From contig OZ176055.1 in NCBI GenBank assembly GCA_964247055.1, positions 7,006,001 through 7,070,000 on the forward strand: a DNA stretch of 64,000 bases. The letters run 5' to 3'. How positions within the stretch are numbered: the first letter of the stretch is position 1; each line of letters opens with the position of its first letter. This stretch comes from Paragordius varius (taxonomy: Eukaryota; Animalia; Nematomorpha). The notes below the pieces were generated by a model, which saw nothing but the letters and a program-made list of their open reading frames with translations, was not told the origin of the DNA and made no database searches. The translations under genes were made by a program, and so were the position numbers. Positions 52,845 to 64,000 of this stretch are shown here, piece after piece.

Positions 52845-54978
52845 TTATATTTCTCGTTTAATCCAAGCCCGTATTTGGGTTGGAAGTGATTGGAAATCAT
52901 ACAATTTATCCAGATTATCGATAAAGTATTTGAGTTTATACTGCATATTCGTAGTGTAAGGTAAATAATGAAACATAGGATCTATATCCATATACGGCGA
53001 TGATAAATTTTCATAGGCTGTTAATACATTATTATTATTATTAATATTGTTTGATGAATAAAATGTATTGTGCTGCGCACCTAAAGTCGTCTCAGATAGA
53101 ATTAAATTATGACTGCTGCTGGCTGTTGATGATTTATTTGAATGATCTTTCTGAAGGCCTCCTGTATAATTTTGGCATAGGGGTTTGATAAATTCCCATT
53201 GAATTAAACGTTTGAAAGCCTGTAGGATTATTAAAAAACCAATAACAACACCACAACATTTTTAATCAAGAGTGGTCAACTTATCTAAAAGAGAGTAAGT
53301 TCATTTATAAATTTTGCTATAAATTAATTCAATAATTTTTTGTATAGGTCGAATTGATAATAATTATTGGTTATACTAATGTGAATTGATTTTAAAGTTG
53401 TGGTTAAATTCACTTTTTATCTAATTATATAAAGTAGAATAATCGCTTGAACAAAGTAGTTTATAAACAAAAAATACTTGTTGAAATATGGAGTCTGGAA
53501 CATTTTTGAAAACATTTCGTATTTCAGTTGTCCTATTCAGCTCTAAATTAAAAAATACGAAAATCCGCATTTAAACACTTGTAAAAATTATAATTATAAC
53601 AAAAATAATTTATCCATTTAATGACACAAAAAACAAAATATGTTATTTTAATCGTTACATGTGGTTAGAAGATCTTTATAAAATAAAAATTAAGCTTTAA
53701 CTCCATTAACCATTGATAAAATAACCAATCATTTAAAATATTCAGCATATCATTCAATAGACTTGAAAGATATAAAATTAATTAGCAATTATTTGCGTAG
53801 CCTTGTTTAAAAAAATATTATTTATCTAAAAAAAATAATTATAATATACAATCATGATAATTATACCTTTTAAGCAAGCATCAAAATTAAGACAAGGTAC
53901 ATCTGAATCACTTTTGTTAAAAAGCAGGAGAGCAGAATATAGCATAGACAATTCGAGATATGTCAAATCTGTAAAAACGTAAGTTTACATTAAATCTTAC
54001 CCTTAATTTTATGAAATTCGTGTGGAATTTGATTGCTCATTGATGTGTAAATTGAATAATTAATTGATTTTTGATGTAGGGGTTTGCTAATATTCATGTA
54101 ATAATCGGTTAATATATTTCTTACGAGTTCTATGTCAGATGTGTAGGCATATATATTTTGTAATTCCACCCTAAACTTGGACGATTCGATTAACTAAAAT
54201 AAGTTATAATTAGTGTATACATCTGTGGTGACTTCCGAATTTAAAGGTGACAAAAATTTTAAAACAACTTTATAAAATGTGTCAAAATCTTGTATCGGTT
54301 TCACCAATAATTGATTGCTGCCAAATCTAGATTTAATCCGTTTTTCCAGGCTTTCAAAACAATTCTATATAAAATATTTTTCTCATATACAATATGAGTA
54401 GAAAACCCAACAATCAATAAAGATATGGATCGGGAGTGACACGAATCTATTAACAAATAAAGAAGCTTCTGATATTTTTCTGCCGTATAAATCTCAAAAT
54501 TTTCCATAAACCAACATAAAGTTTGAAGGTAATTGTTATTTCCATCTAACACATTGCCTAACACTTCCAATTTCTCTGCATTATTTCCAAGCTATAAATT
54601 ATAAAAAATAAACTGTTAATGGGGTATTTGATTGATAAGACAATTGTTTTAATATCGAATCACAAGCCACATTAATATCATTTTCAAAAATTCCTAACAT
54701 TAAATCTAAAAAAACCATTCATATAAATTGTTATCAGATCTTCCGGGTACTTATTTGAAATAAACTTTTCAATCTTTTAAAAATAAATTCATAATCATTA
54801 CATAGGGAACCGCCATATGTGGTGATATAACCAAAACTGAATCAACTTTTTTGATTTTTATAGTATCATCAATTATATGGGTCAATTTTCTGTATATAAA
54901 ACAAAATCTAAACTGCAAACATGGTTCTAAATCCAAAAGGGAAATCCAAATATCATCAAAATTTAAAGCGTGAGGCAT
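52845..54978 (-). CDS. ORC4: Origin recognition complex subunit 4
   Basis: After removing introns of 24, 28, 22, 22, 26, 27 and 32 nt: SVLVISP, IYMNGIFENDINVA, WFMENFEIYTAEKYQKLLYLLIDS, ESLEKRIKSRFGS, DLTYLELSML, AFKRLIQWEFIKP, LPTQIRAWIKREI*. One junction near 53500-53860 is unresolved and the start ATG is inferred. Confidence 0.9.
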
Positions 54979-55018
54979 AATAATGACAACTGCTTTAATG
55001 ATTTTACCAAACGATATA

Positions 55019-55913
55019 CAGTCATGTCTATATAGAATTGTCAGAAATTCGTATTTAAATGATTATAATTTTTTTTTAATTGTTTTGATGTTTGATATGT
55101 CAACTTTCAACATGCGCATTTTTAAGCCTTAAAATAATAATAGCCTATTTATTGTAAGAATTTTTAATTTATAATTAAAAGATATTACAAAATATTATTC
55201 TTGATGCACAACATGCGCATATTGTAATTTTTATCTTTTGTAAAATATTAATTATAAAATTTTATTAACTCAAAGTTTAAACACACATAACCAAAATATA
55301 ATTTAAAAGATAAAAATATTTATTGATAATTATAATATTTAAATAAATTTATAATTGTCTTCATATTTTCAAATACTTGAAGACTCTTCACTTGTATCCG
55401 ATTCAAAAGTATAAACTGAGGGAGCTATGTTTTCCTTTAATATTGGATTTCGTTCTGAATTTTTATTTTTTAATATAAACCTTCAAGTACACTAGCTGCC
55501 GAGCAAAGAAGAAATAATGGGTTATCGTTGATATTTATATTTTTTTAAAATAACTTTAGATTTATGATTTATTTCTTTTTATATATATATATATATATAT
55601 AGAGATTAAATGGACATCTGCTTGGGTTTAGTTTATATTTTAAGTGCATGTTAAAAACCCCTAGAAAATGAAAACAAATATCAAACTTGGTTATCATAAA
55701 TTACATGCGCATGTTGTAGATAAAATGTTCAAGAATAATATTTTGCAACATCTTTTAATTATAAATCAAAAATTCTTACAATAAATAGGCTATTATTATT
55801 TTAAGGCTTAAAAATGCGCATGTTGAAAGTTGACATATCAAACATCAAAACAATTAAAAAAAATTATAATCATATAAATACGAATTTCTGTCAATTCTAT
55901 ATAGACATGACTG
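55019..55913. mobile_element. TA-flanked foldback MITE with arms of about 200 bp and a THAP-like internal remnant
   Basis: TA|CAGTCATGTCTATATAGAATTG...CAATTCTATATAGACATGACTG|TA; minus-strand interior RNPILKENIAPSVYTF. Confidence 0.85.
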
Positions 55914-56749
55914 TAATATAAATGCTGATTAACACTAAGCTTTTTATTTTTTTGTCGTAATTTACATTTTGGGGTAGTTTTATTAGGGCTTTTGTTAATA
56001 AACTACATTTTGATAGTTATTTTAGTTAAAATTTAATTATTAAACATTTTTCTCATGTATTATATAATTTCAGTTTTGGAGTTCTAGAGTCCATTGGGAC
56101 ACCAACACGATTGAAATGACAGCTGATATTTAAATATCAAGTTTTTGCTGGTAAAATGCAGCCTGAAAGCTTTTCAAAGTTAATCATTTACGTTTTCTAA
56201 CCAAAAGATACATTTATTGGTGCATTGGCGATTCAAAAAAAAATTATAGAAAAAATGGCGCCAAAAAAATTTGAGATCAGTATTTACAATTTTACATTAT
56301 TTCAGAAAATGTATTATGTAATGCGACTAGATATTTTAAACTTTGACGCAGTACAAAATTTAAACATACTTTGCCTCTTTTTCCACCATCTTTGTAGTAT
56401 ATTTCACAGTTTCCAAAAAATATATCCAAACGAAATAATATTCTGATAGGGAAATATCAGGATTTACATGGTGCTTTTGGTTTAAATTTTTAGATGTGAG
56501 CTCTGAAAGTACCAAATTTTTTGCATCTTTTAAAATGGACTGTACTGTTAAAATAAACGCAAATCTTCCGACGTTGTGCAATAATGTTAAATATATGCTA
56601 AATTTTGATATCGACTAAATATATTTTTTTAAAAATCCATACTTTCATTATAATTTTTGGCAAAATTTTGTTGAAGCGTACTTCATACTATTTTGAGCAT
56701 GATGGAAGCGATATAAACGGTTGAGATGTTATTCGAATTATACATATAT

Positions 56750-59213
56750 TAATGTGACCAGATATTAAAAACCCTGACGCAGTACAAAATTAAAACATAC
56801 TTTGCCTATTTTTTACACCAGATTTTTGGAGTGTAATAATATATGACATTGTTCGTTACCATTGATAAGCTCATTAGAAACAATAATATCTAACAAATAA
56901 ATTTATAATAAATATAAATGTATGTACATATAATTATATCATATGTTTAATATATGGATATATAATAATAATAGTATATTTCTTTTAAATGCTAACAAAA
57001 TGTAAAAATATTATTAATATATGAATCTTGGTTTATATGATTCTGTGCAGATAGAATCATTCACACACGATCTTATAAGGTTTAGTTCCATAGCTTTTTG
57101 AAAAGTAATAGAACATTATTGGGTTCTCCTAAATCGATTGATTCGAAAAGATATTGAATCATTTAAAATGCGTTATTGAATTTAATTTTGATAATATTGA
57201 AATTAGACGTGGATGAAAAGATACATGAATGGATTGGTTAGAATTTTTTACACAAAATCTAGATGATAAACAAAATATGGACTACTGAAAAAACACAACT
57301 CACAAATAGATACCTTACAAGCAATTATAATAGTCAAACATAATACAGAAGATAATTGTGAAGCTTGAGTCTAACCCAATCAATGTTATATGACGTGACA
57401 TATAATTATTTTTTTATAATAGCAATAATAATAATACTAAAAATAATAAATTATATATATTTTTCAGATTTATGTATTTGTCCCAATTGCGATATTTTAT
57501 CTAAAAAAGCTTCACAATTTTTTTCTGTATTATGTTTAACTATTACAATTGCTTTTAAGGTAACTATTATCCAAAATTTTTGTTTTGGTGCCTTCAATAT
57601 GATGAAAGTAGCGGATTAATATTGGAAGTAATTTTTTCCCGTTGATTGTCGAATGTCAGTAAAAACTGAGATATATTTGGCATTACAAATTTCCTCACTA
57701 TAAGTGTTTGAACAGTGTATGGGTAATACACGTTTTTTAATATGGCTTCGGTCAAAAAGTTTTTGGATCAATTTCGACGTAGACTCAATTGACCTGAAAC
57801 TTTGATTATGTTGAATTATATGAAAAACCCAGGAGGCCTCAGCCAGTACAATCAGTTTCGCACTTGAATCAAATTTTTATTTTGTTAAAATAATTGATAA
57901 TTTTTTATACATCAAAGCAGATGTTTCTGCTAATTTATGCTTTTCGGTGGCCAAATATCTTGTAATATCAGATGATCCACCCGATTTAAATGAAAATCTG
58001 CTTCCACAAATATTGCAATACCTATTTTAATTATTTATAATTTACTTATTTCATTCTATAAATATACCATTTTTCGGTAAAATACCATTTTTTCAAATCC
58101 GAAAGACTTAATAAAACTTAAAACATTCGAAAATTTTATTTAAAAACATATAAGTATTACAAAGTAATAACAGTAGTAGTTTCGGTCCGATTCCATTCAA
58201 TTTTGGCCAAAACTTTAAAATTTTATTCCAATTTTATTTTTGAGTTAAATATATACAAATTATGAGTGATAAGAGCCAAAATGAACAATTAACACCAATA
58301 AATGAAAAATTTATAAAAAAGAATTAGCATATTTTTATTTATAGGAAAAAATAAATATGGTCAAAAATATAATGGTACCTATGTTTTAGTTGCATGCTTT
58401 TAGAAATTTATAGTCCTTTTGATGATTGCTATTTGTTGTTACGCCTCATTAAACACAAAGACATGGAAAAGAAAATTAAAATGAAAAGAATTGATAAAAA
58501 TTTTTTATGTGTGCGTGTGTGTATGTGCCAAATATATAATAGTCTATAAATTTATTTTTGTAGAAAATAATGTATAAGAAAACTGGCTTCAAATTAAAGA
58601 TTAGGGAAGCAAAAAATTAAGAAACATACCACCCATCTAAAATTCGAAAAAGTTATTTTTTTCCTACGAAATATCAGAATTATAACTCAAATATAATGAA
58701 TTATAAAATTAATAAATTACAAAAATTCTAAAAAATAAAGTAAACTCAAACAAAATTTAATTTAGCTGAAACTTATATGAAACAAAAATGAATTTTTAAA
58801 AGATTAAATCACTAAAATATAATTAATTTTGTATTTATTTTTAAGGTCGCTTTTGCGGAAGCCATGAAAGAAGGTCAGTCTAAATCTAGAGTCTGATATT
58901 TATAGTTTTGCCACTGCGCGAATGGCTGCAGACATAAGCAATTTGACCGGTCCAAAACAAAACCCAATTCCATGTATAATTAGAGCAGAAAATAAAATAT
59001 TAAAATTAAACAAAGGCCATAGTTTTTTACCTCAAAAGGACTCATTTTTTAAGAGTACTTTATCAATTCTACAAAATTGTATAAATAAAAAGTAATCAAC
59101 ACATATTTATAAAAAAAATTCGAAAAGCAGTACAAAAGTCAGCGCAGTACAGGCGCGGTTTTTTTTCGAAAACCCAGTACTGTACTGCGAAAAACAGCCT
59201 ATCTGGACACTTT

Positions 59214-59214
<1 letters not shown>
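56750..59214 (-). mobile_element. hAT element (inner copy, same family) with internally deleted transposase
   Basis: TIR taatgtgaccagat / rc taaagtgtccagat; perfect TSD acatatat. Minus strand: BED-finger-like YCNICGSRFSFKSGGSSDITRYLATEKHK, AEASWVFHIIQHNQSFRS, LPILIRYF..KTKILD, then a jump to the C-terminal TLKAIVIVKHN..IHKSEKY. Confidence 0.9.
58067..58375. mobile_element. CCATTT-terminus MITE inside the inner hAT
   Basis: TATA|CCATTTTT left end, AATGG|TA right end; interior weakly palindromic. Confidence 0.45.

Positions 59215-59270
<56 letters not shown>
59215..59270. repeat. (AT)n microsatellite starting at the inner hAT TSD
   Basis: Direct reading. Confidence 0.92.
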
Positions 59271-59276
<6 letters not shown>

Positions 59277-60329
59277 ATTTGATAATGATAAACATTTTTC
59301 TCACTCAGAATTTTAATAAAATATTCGTTCGCTTTCAAATTTATGTTAAACAAAATGTGTTTTTTACAAACATTCACCAAAATTTGCAAGCAAACAAATC
59401 TTTAATTTTAAAATTATTAACGTATAGTAATGTTCAACATTATCGAATTATTTAAAAGGAGTTTCATTATACCTTAAAGCGTTATACCGTTGCTTCAAAA
59501 TAGTTTGAAGTAAGCTTCAACAAAATATCTCAAATTTGTCATGCAAAAATAAGAAAACTAATAAAAATTTAAGTTTAAATTTAAAAATTAATATCATACC
59601 TCCCACCAGGAGTATAAAAAATGTAAACTTTTATTTTGTTAATACGAAAAAAAGGTTTTTTCGAAAACATATTCCATATATAAAATTTTATATACCAGGA
59701 ATTACAATTTTTTATATAATTTTCCGTCTGATTATTATAACAAAAAATACTTTATAAACCTGATTATAAAATATAAATTAATTTTGTTAAATTTTGATGC
59801 ACCTCTTTTTGCGGAAGCCCTGAGAGAAAGAGTCACAGAATATAACGGTGTGGAGGGCGAGATTTATAGTTTCGCCACTGCATAAAAGGCTGAAATCATA
59901 ATCGGTTTGACCAATCCAAAATTGTATAATTCGAGAAGAAAATAAAATATTAACCAATTAAAAATAGGCCAATCTTAGTTTTTTACCGCAAAATAAACCA
60001 TTTCTTTACAAATTATGGGTTTATTTTTACAGAGGGTACTATATCAAATTCTAAAATAATTTTTAAATAAAAGGTAAATATGTATTCATAAAATTTTTTT
60101 GATTTCAAAAAGCAGTACAAAAGTGGGCGCAGTACAGGCAGTTTTTTCCGAAAATCCAGTACTGTACTGAACAGCCTATCTGGTCACATTAGTATTATGT
60201 GCAAAAAAGGCTATGAAAGCATATATTAGAGTCAGCTTAATACCTTGAATACTTTTTAAGATATTTAAATTTCAAATCGCTCTGGGATATAAAACCACCC
60301 TAAAAGATAATCGTCATACAACAATTTTG

Positions 60330-60812
60330 AGCCATAAATGCACTAAGATTTGGTCGTCACATGATATCAAATTAAAAACCAAAATCAGATTAATCAAGGC
60401 TATATTATTCCCCACATTACTTTACATAAGTTGGACAGGGAAAAATGATTAAAGATCATTATTACGCTATGGGTATGCAGGAAAGTTCTTCAAGCAAAAT
60501 TGTCAGACACCCAACATTACTATTTTAAACAAAATTAATTCCAAAATGTCTCTACTTAGCAGCTAATACGCTAAAACCCTTCTACTTCAGCCACATTATA
60601 AGATCCAATACACTCGAAAAGTCAATGATGCTGAGAAAAGTGAGAGGAACTCGTAAAAGTGGAGGAAAAAGAGCTCGCTGGATGGATAACATCCTCAAAA
60701 AACAAATTTAACATTAGCCGAATAAAATGGTAGATCTGGTATAGGTAGGGAGTGGAAATAACATTTTCAATGTTGCAAGTTAGTCGGAATCGACCTTAGC
60801 AACAACAACAAG
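60330..60812 (+). mobile_element. 3' fragment of an RTE-clade LINE
   Basis: KIWSSHDIKLKTKIRLIKAILFPTLLY, HIIRSNTLEKSMML.KV.GTRKSG..RARWMDNI; ends gtcggaatcgacc followed by a (CAA)n tail. Confidence 0.8.
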
Positions 60813-60949
60813 AAAAAATAAACGCATTCACCTTAATACATGTGAATACATTTATACTAATTATATTAGATATATACATAGATAGATCATTATATACAAA
60901 AGAACATATACAATAAATTAATTCTTATTTACCGTATCTGACGTTACTT

Positions 60950-63900
60950 GTGGTCCCATCTATTATCGGTAGCCAAGACGCAATGGCAGACGAACCAATG
61001 AATGTAACAGCTCCTCACGCTAGCATTGCCAATTTATCCATTAAAAATTACAATAATAATAATAATAGCAATCGACAATATCGTAACAGCAATAATAATA
61101 TCAATCGGTTACAACATAATAGACCCTACCGAAAACAATAATAAAATCATCCATGCAAACATTGCGGCTTCACACACTCACCCAACAAAGTTCCAGCCTG
61201 GGGACGATAGTGCTACAAAGGCGGAAAATTGAACCATTTTGCTAGGATGTGCGGCCAAGAGACAAAAACCTTTCTTCAAAAGGCAACTATTGAAGGATGT
61301 CATGGTAGATGAAATGCTCAAACACCTTTACTGATAACATAAGAAATAAACGGTCTGAAAAAAGACTTCATCTATGATAGCGGTTCTGATATCAGTGTAA
61401 TAAACTATCCCACTTGGGAACAAATAGGTAAACCCAAATTAAGACCGACACCGCCAGTGAAATCATACAACAACACGACAGTGCCAATGATGGGAATAGC
61501 AAGAGTTTACGTCCAGGTAAAAGGCAAACAAATGGGGACATATGAGTCCTGAGTAAAACGATGGGGATGCACCACTGATCTGTGGACTGGACTGGATGGC
61601 TAAATTCCAGATTGAGATGCCACAGGTTAAAATTAATCTTAAATTAAATGAGATTTGCGAAAATTTTAAAAACTTATTCAAAAGTTAGGGTCTTATACAG
61701 ACCCTGTAAAAAAATTCGCATTGCAGCGAATGCGACCGAAAGTATGGCCATGTCACAAGGTACCTTTTCCATTAAAAGAAAAGGTAGAAGAGCTGACGAG
61801 GCTAGAAAAGTTAGGCATCTTAGAGCCGGTTGATCCTAACATTACACCTGTAACATGGGCCAAGCCGGTTAATGTACTTAAACCGAATGGCAAATTGATA
61901 ATATGCATTGATTTTCGGGTAACGATTAATAAGTGGTTGCAAGTAGACTCTCATATAATCACCACGTTTGATGAGTTGGTGTTGAAAATAGGCGAAGGTA
62001 TCACATTCACAAAAATTTATTTAAAAGATGCTTACCTCCAAATGCCAGTGGCCGAGAAGAATTGTTAACAATATCAACACATAAAGGTTTTTTTAGATAC
62101 AAACGCATCTTCCAACGGGTGATGGAACAGGTACTGGCTGAAAGTCCGGGAACTTGCGTATATTTAGATTACGTCCTAGTGACTGGAAAATGAGCACATT
62201 AACAATTAAAAAACGTATTAAATCGTCTCGATAAAGCCGGATTCAAATGAGGACAAGATAATATAATCATAGGTGGCAGAATCAGTTAACTATTTAGGGT
62301 TTGAAATATCGAAAAAGGGTATAGGCCCATATAAAAACAAAATCAAGGCAATTAAGGAATTAAAAAGGCCGGTAGATAAAAAGTCATTACGTCGTTTTTT
62401 AGGTTTTTGACGCTTCACGAACGTTTTATACCAAAATTATAAATTATAGTCCGTCCCTTACATGAAATAACTAGTAAGAATACGAGATGGTTTTGGACCG
62501 AGAAACATGAGAAAAGCTTTGCAGCTAAGAATTTGTTAACCGAAAAAGTGTTTTCAACACCATATAATCCGGATAGGAAATTGATAATAGAAACTGGTGT
62601 GTCAGATTTAGGATTTGGGTGTATTTTAAGTTATGAGAATACCGATAGCGTATGCCTCACAAACAACGCCTAAAGGAATTATTCCACTATCGAGAGGGAA
62701 TTAAAAGCAATATTGTTGCGTTAAGAAAGTTTCATAGTTTCGTATATGGTAGAAAATTTATAATATTAACTGACCATTTACCCTTAGTAAAGTTAATGAA
62801 TAGAGATCGAAATTTAATATAAATACATAATATTAAAAGATGGATTAATATAATAAATGAATACAACTTTGAAATTAGTCATCAAAAGGGGACAAAAATA
62901 AAGCTGATTATTTGTCGAGATGCCGATTGACGAGATCGTTGCCTATGATGAAGATTATGCGGTTACCAGATATCTAAGGTTTTTGAAGTGTCATAGCGTG
63001 CGGTTAGGCAGAGATGAAATTTAAAAAGAAACCGCATCAGATCTAGTATTACAAAAAGTAATTAAAGCGTTAAACAACCATGACTGAAGTTCTCCAGAAT
63101 TAGAAAAGTTTGTAAACCGTAAAGACGAGTTGGCATATCAAATGATCGGATTATAATTCCGAAGCCCCTCAAAAGAGAGGTGGGAGATACCTACACAGCG
63201 GTCATAACAAAGTAGAAACCATGAAAGCGATGGCCAGATTTACGTGTTATTGGCCAGAATTAGAAATGACCTGATAAAAGCTGTAGTCAGTGTGAATCGT
63301 GAACGTAGTAGGCCGAACGTTACTCAGAATTCCACGTATTAGTGGGATCATAATGTTGCTGTGTGGGAGCGTTTGCATATTGATATAGCCGGACCGGTTG
63401 ACGGCTATTATTGGTTGTTGATAATTGTTAGTGCCTCGAAATGGGCAGAAGGGTTTATTTTAAAAAAGGTAACCGCAGCGAATAAAATCCATAAAGTAAA
63501 GTAGAAGAAACGTTTGTAAGGTTTGGCTTTGCAAGAGAGATCGTTAGCGATAACGCTTCATATTTTAACAAAGAGTACTTCACGTCAACCTTAAATACGT
63601 TAGGGGTGAAACATATTAAGGTTACCCCCTACCATCCTAAGAGTAATGGGATGGTAGAAAGGTTAGTAGGTACAATAAAAAATAAATACAAAAGAATAAA
63701 AAATAATGCGATATCCACCCACAAAGCGTTTAACACTAGCATATGGGCGTATAGAAACTCTATCCACTCGACAACTAAAGAGACCCCGGTCCAATTAATG
63801 TTCAAGCGTACACCCCATACCACCTTAACCTGGTTAAATAGTAGGGCAAGATTGTTAGAGGCAGTCCGACGTTAGTTTGCGATCAATGAACCAGTAAAGA

Positions 63901-64000
63901 TCAAAAATGAACTAATCCAGGATGGTACGCCGGGGAGATCACGGACCATACAGGGTTATTGTCATGCAAGGTGTGGGTCAAAGACCAGGAGAAACTCGTG
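60950..64000 (+). mobile_element. Degenerate Ty3/Gypsy LTR retrotransposon gag-pol, truncated by window end
   Basis: Gag knuckles CKHCGFTH..CYKGGKLNHFARMC (about 61150-61258), protease YDSGSDISVI, RT KPNGKLIICIDFRVTINK and YLKDAYLQ, RNase H remnants, integrase RLHIDIAGP and PYHPKSNGMVER; many frameshifts and stops. No LTR confidently seen. Confidence 0.93.

Larger units (their letters stand above)
56319..60191 (-). mobile_element. hAT non-autonomous element (outer copy)
   Basis: TIR taatgcgactagat / rc taatgtgaccagat; perfect 8-bp TSD gtattatg at 56311-56318 and 60192-60199. Confidence 0.9.
55962..60310. mobile_element. TTACATTTTGGGGT MITE split by nested insertions
   Basis: Left half 55962-56318 and right half 60192-60310 together match 42522-42985. 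Confidence 0.75.

Noticed and set aside
53969-54978. ORC4 as a frameshifted pseudogene, or a non-standard genetic code with stop readthrough
   Set aside because: Every apparent stop or frameshift in this span is removed by a GT-AG intron of 22-32 nt, and genes end in ordinary TAA or TGA.
60840-60960. 5' LTR and primer-binding site of the Gypsy element
   Set aside because: No second LTR in the window to compare and no convincing tRNA-complementary PBS.

Overview
Very AT-rich (roughly a quarter GC by eye) eukaryotic, intron-containing DNA. The gene set is metazoan and the proteins are highly divergent. The best fit is a reduced parasitic animal such as a myxozoan; a dicyemid or orthonectid cannot be excluded, and this is inference. 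The ORF track misses most genes because they are spliced, many through ultra-short 21-32 nt GT-AG introns. Manual splicing gives, in order: the 3' part of CLASP (+), a secreted clusterin-like protein (+), tRNA-Ala(AGC) (-), V-ATPase subunit F (-), a probable pseudogene interrupted by a decayed hAT/Buster transposon (-), a minimal anamorsin/CIAPIN1 (-) head-to-head with PSME3IP1/FAM192A (+), a glycine-transporter-like SLC6 gene (+), INTS10 (+) and ORC4 (-). The rest is transposon debris: hAT MITEs with 8-bp TSDs, a TATA|CCATTT-ended foldback/MITE group with 21-bp periodic subterminal arrays, Tc1-like foldbacks, a five-level nested stack (55962-60310), LINE fragments and a degenerate Ty3/Gypsy element running off the right edge. 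The strongest leads are the clusterin-like secreted protein, the gene-specific mix of tiny and TE-inflated introns, the 21-bp-period foldback group, and reductive changes in anamorsin and ORC4. All homology calls come from motif recognition by eye; no searches were run.
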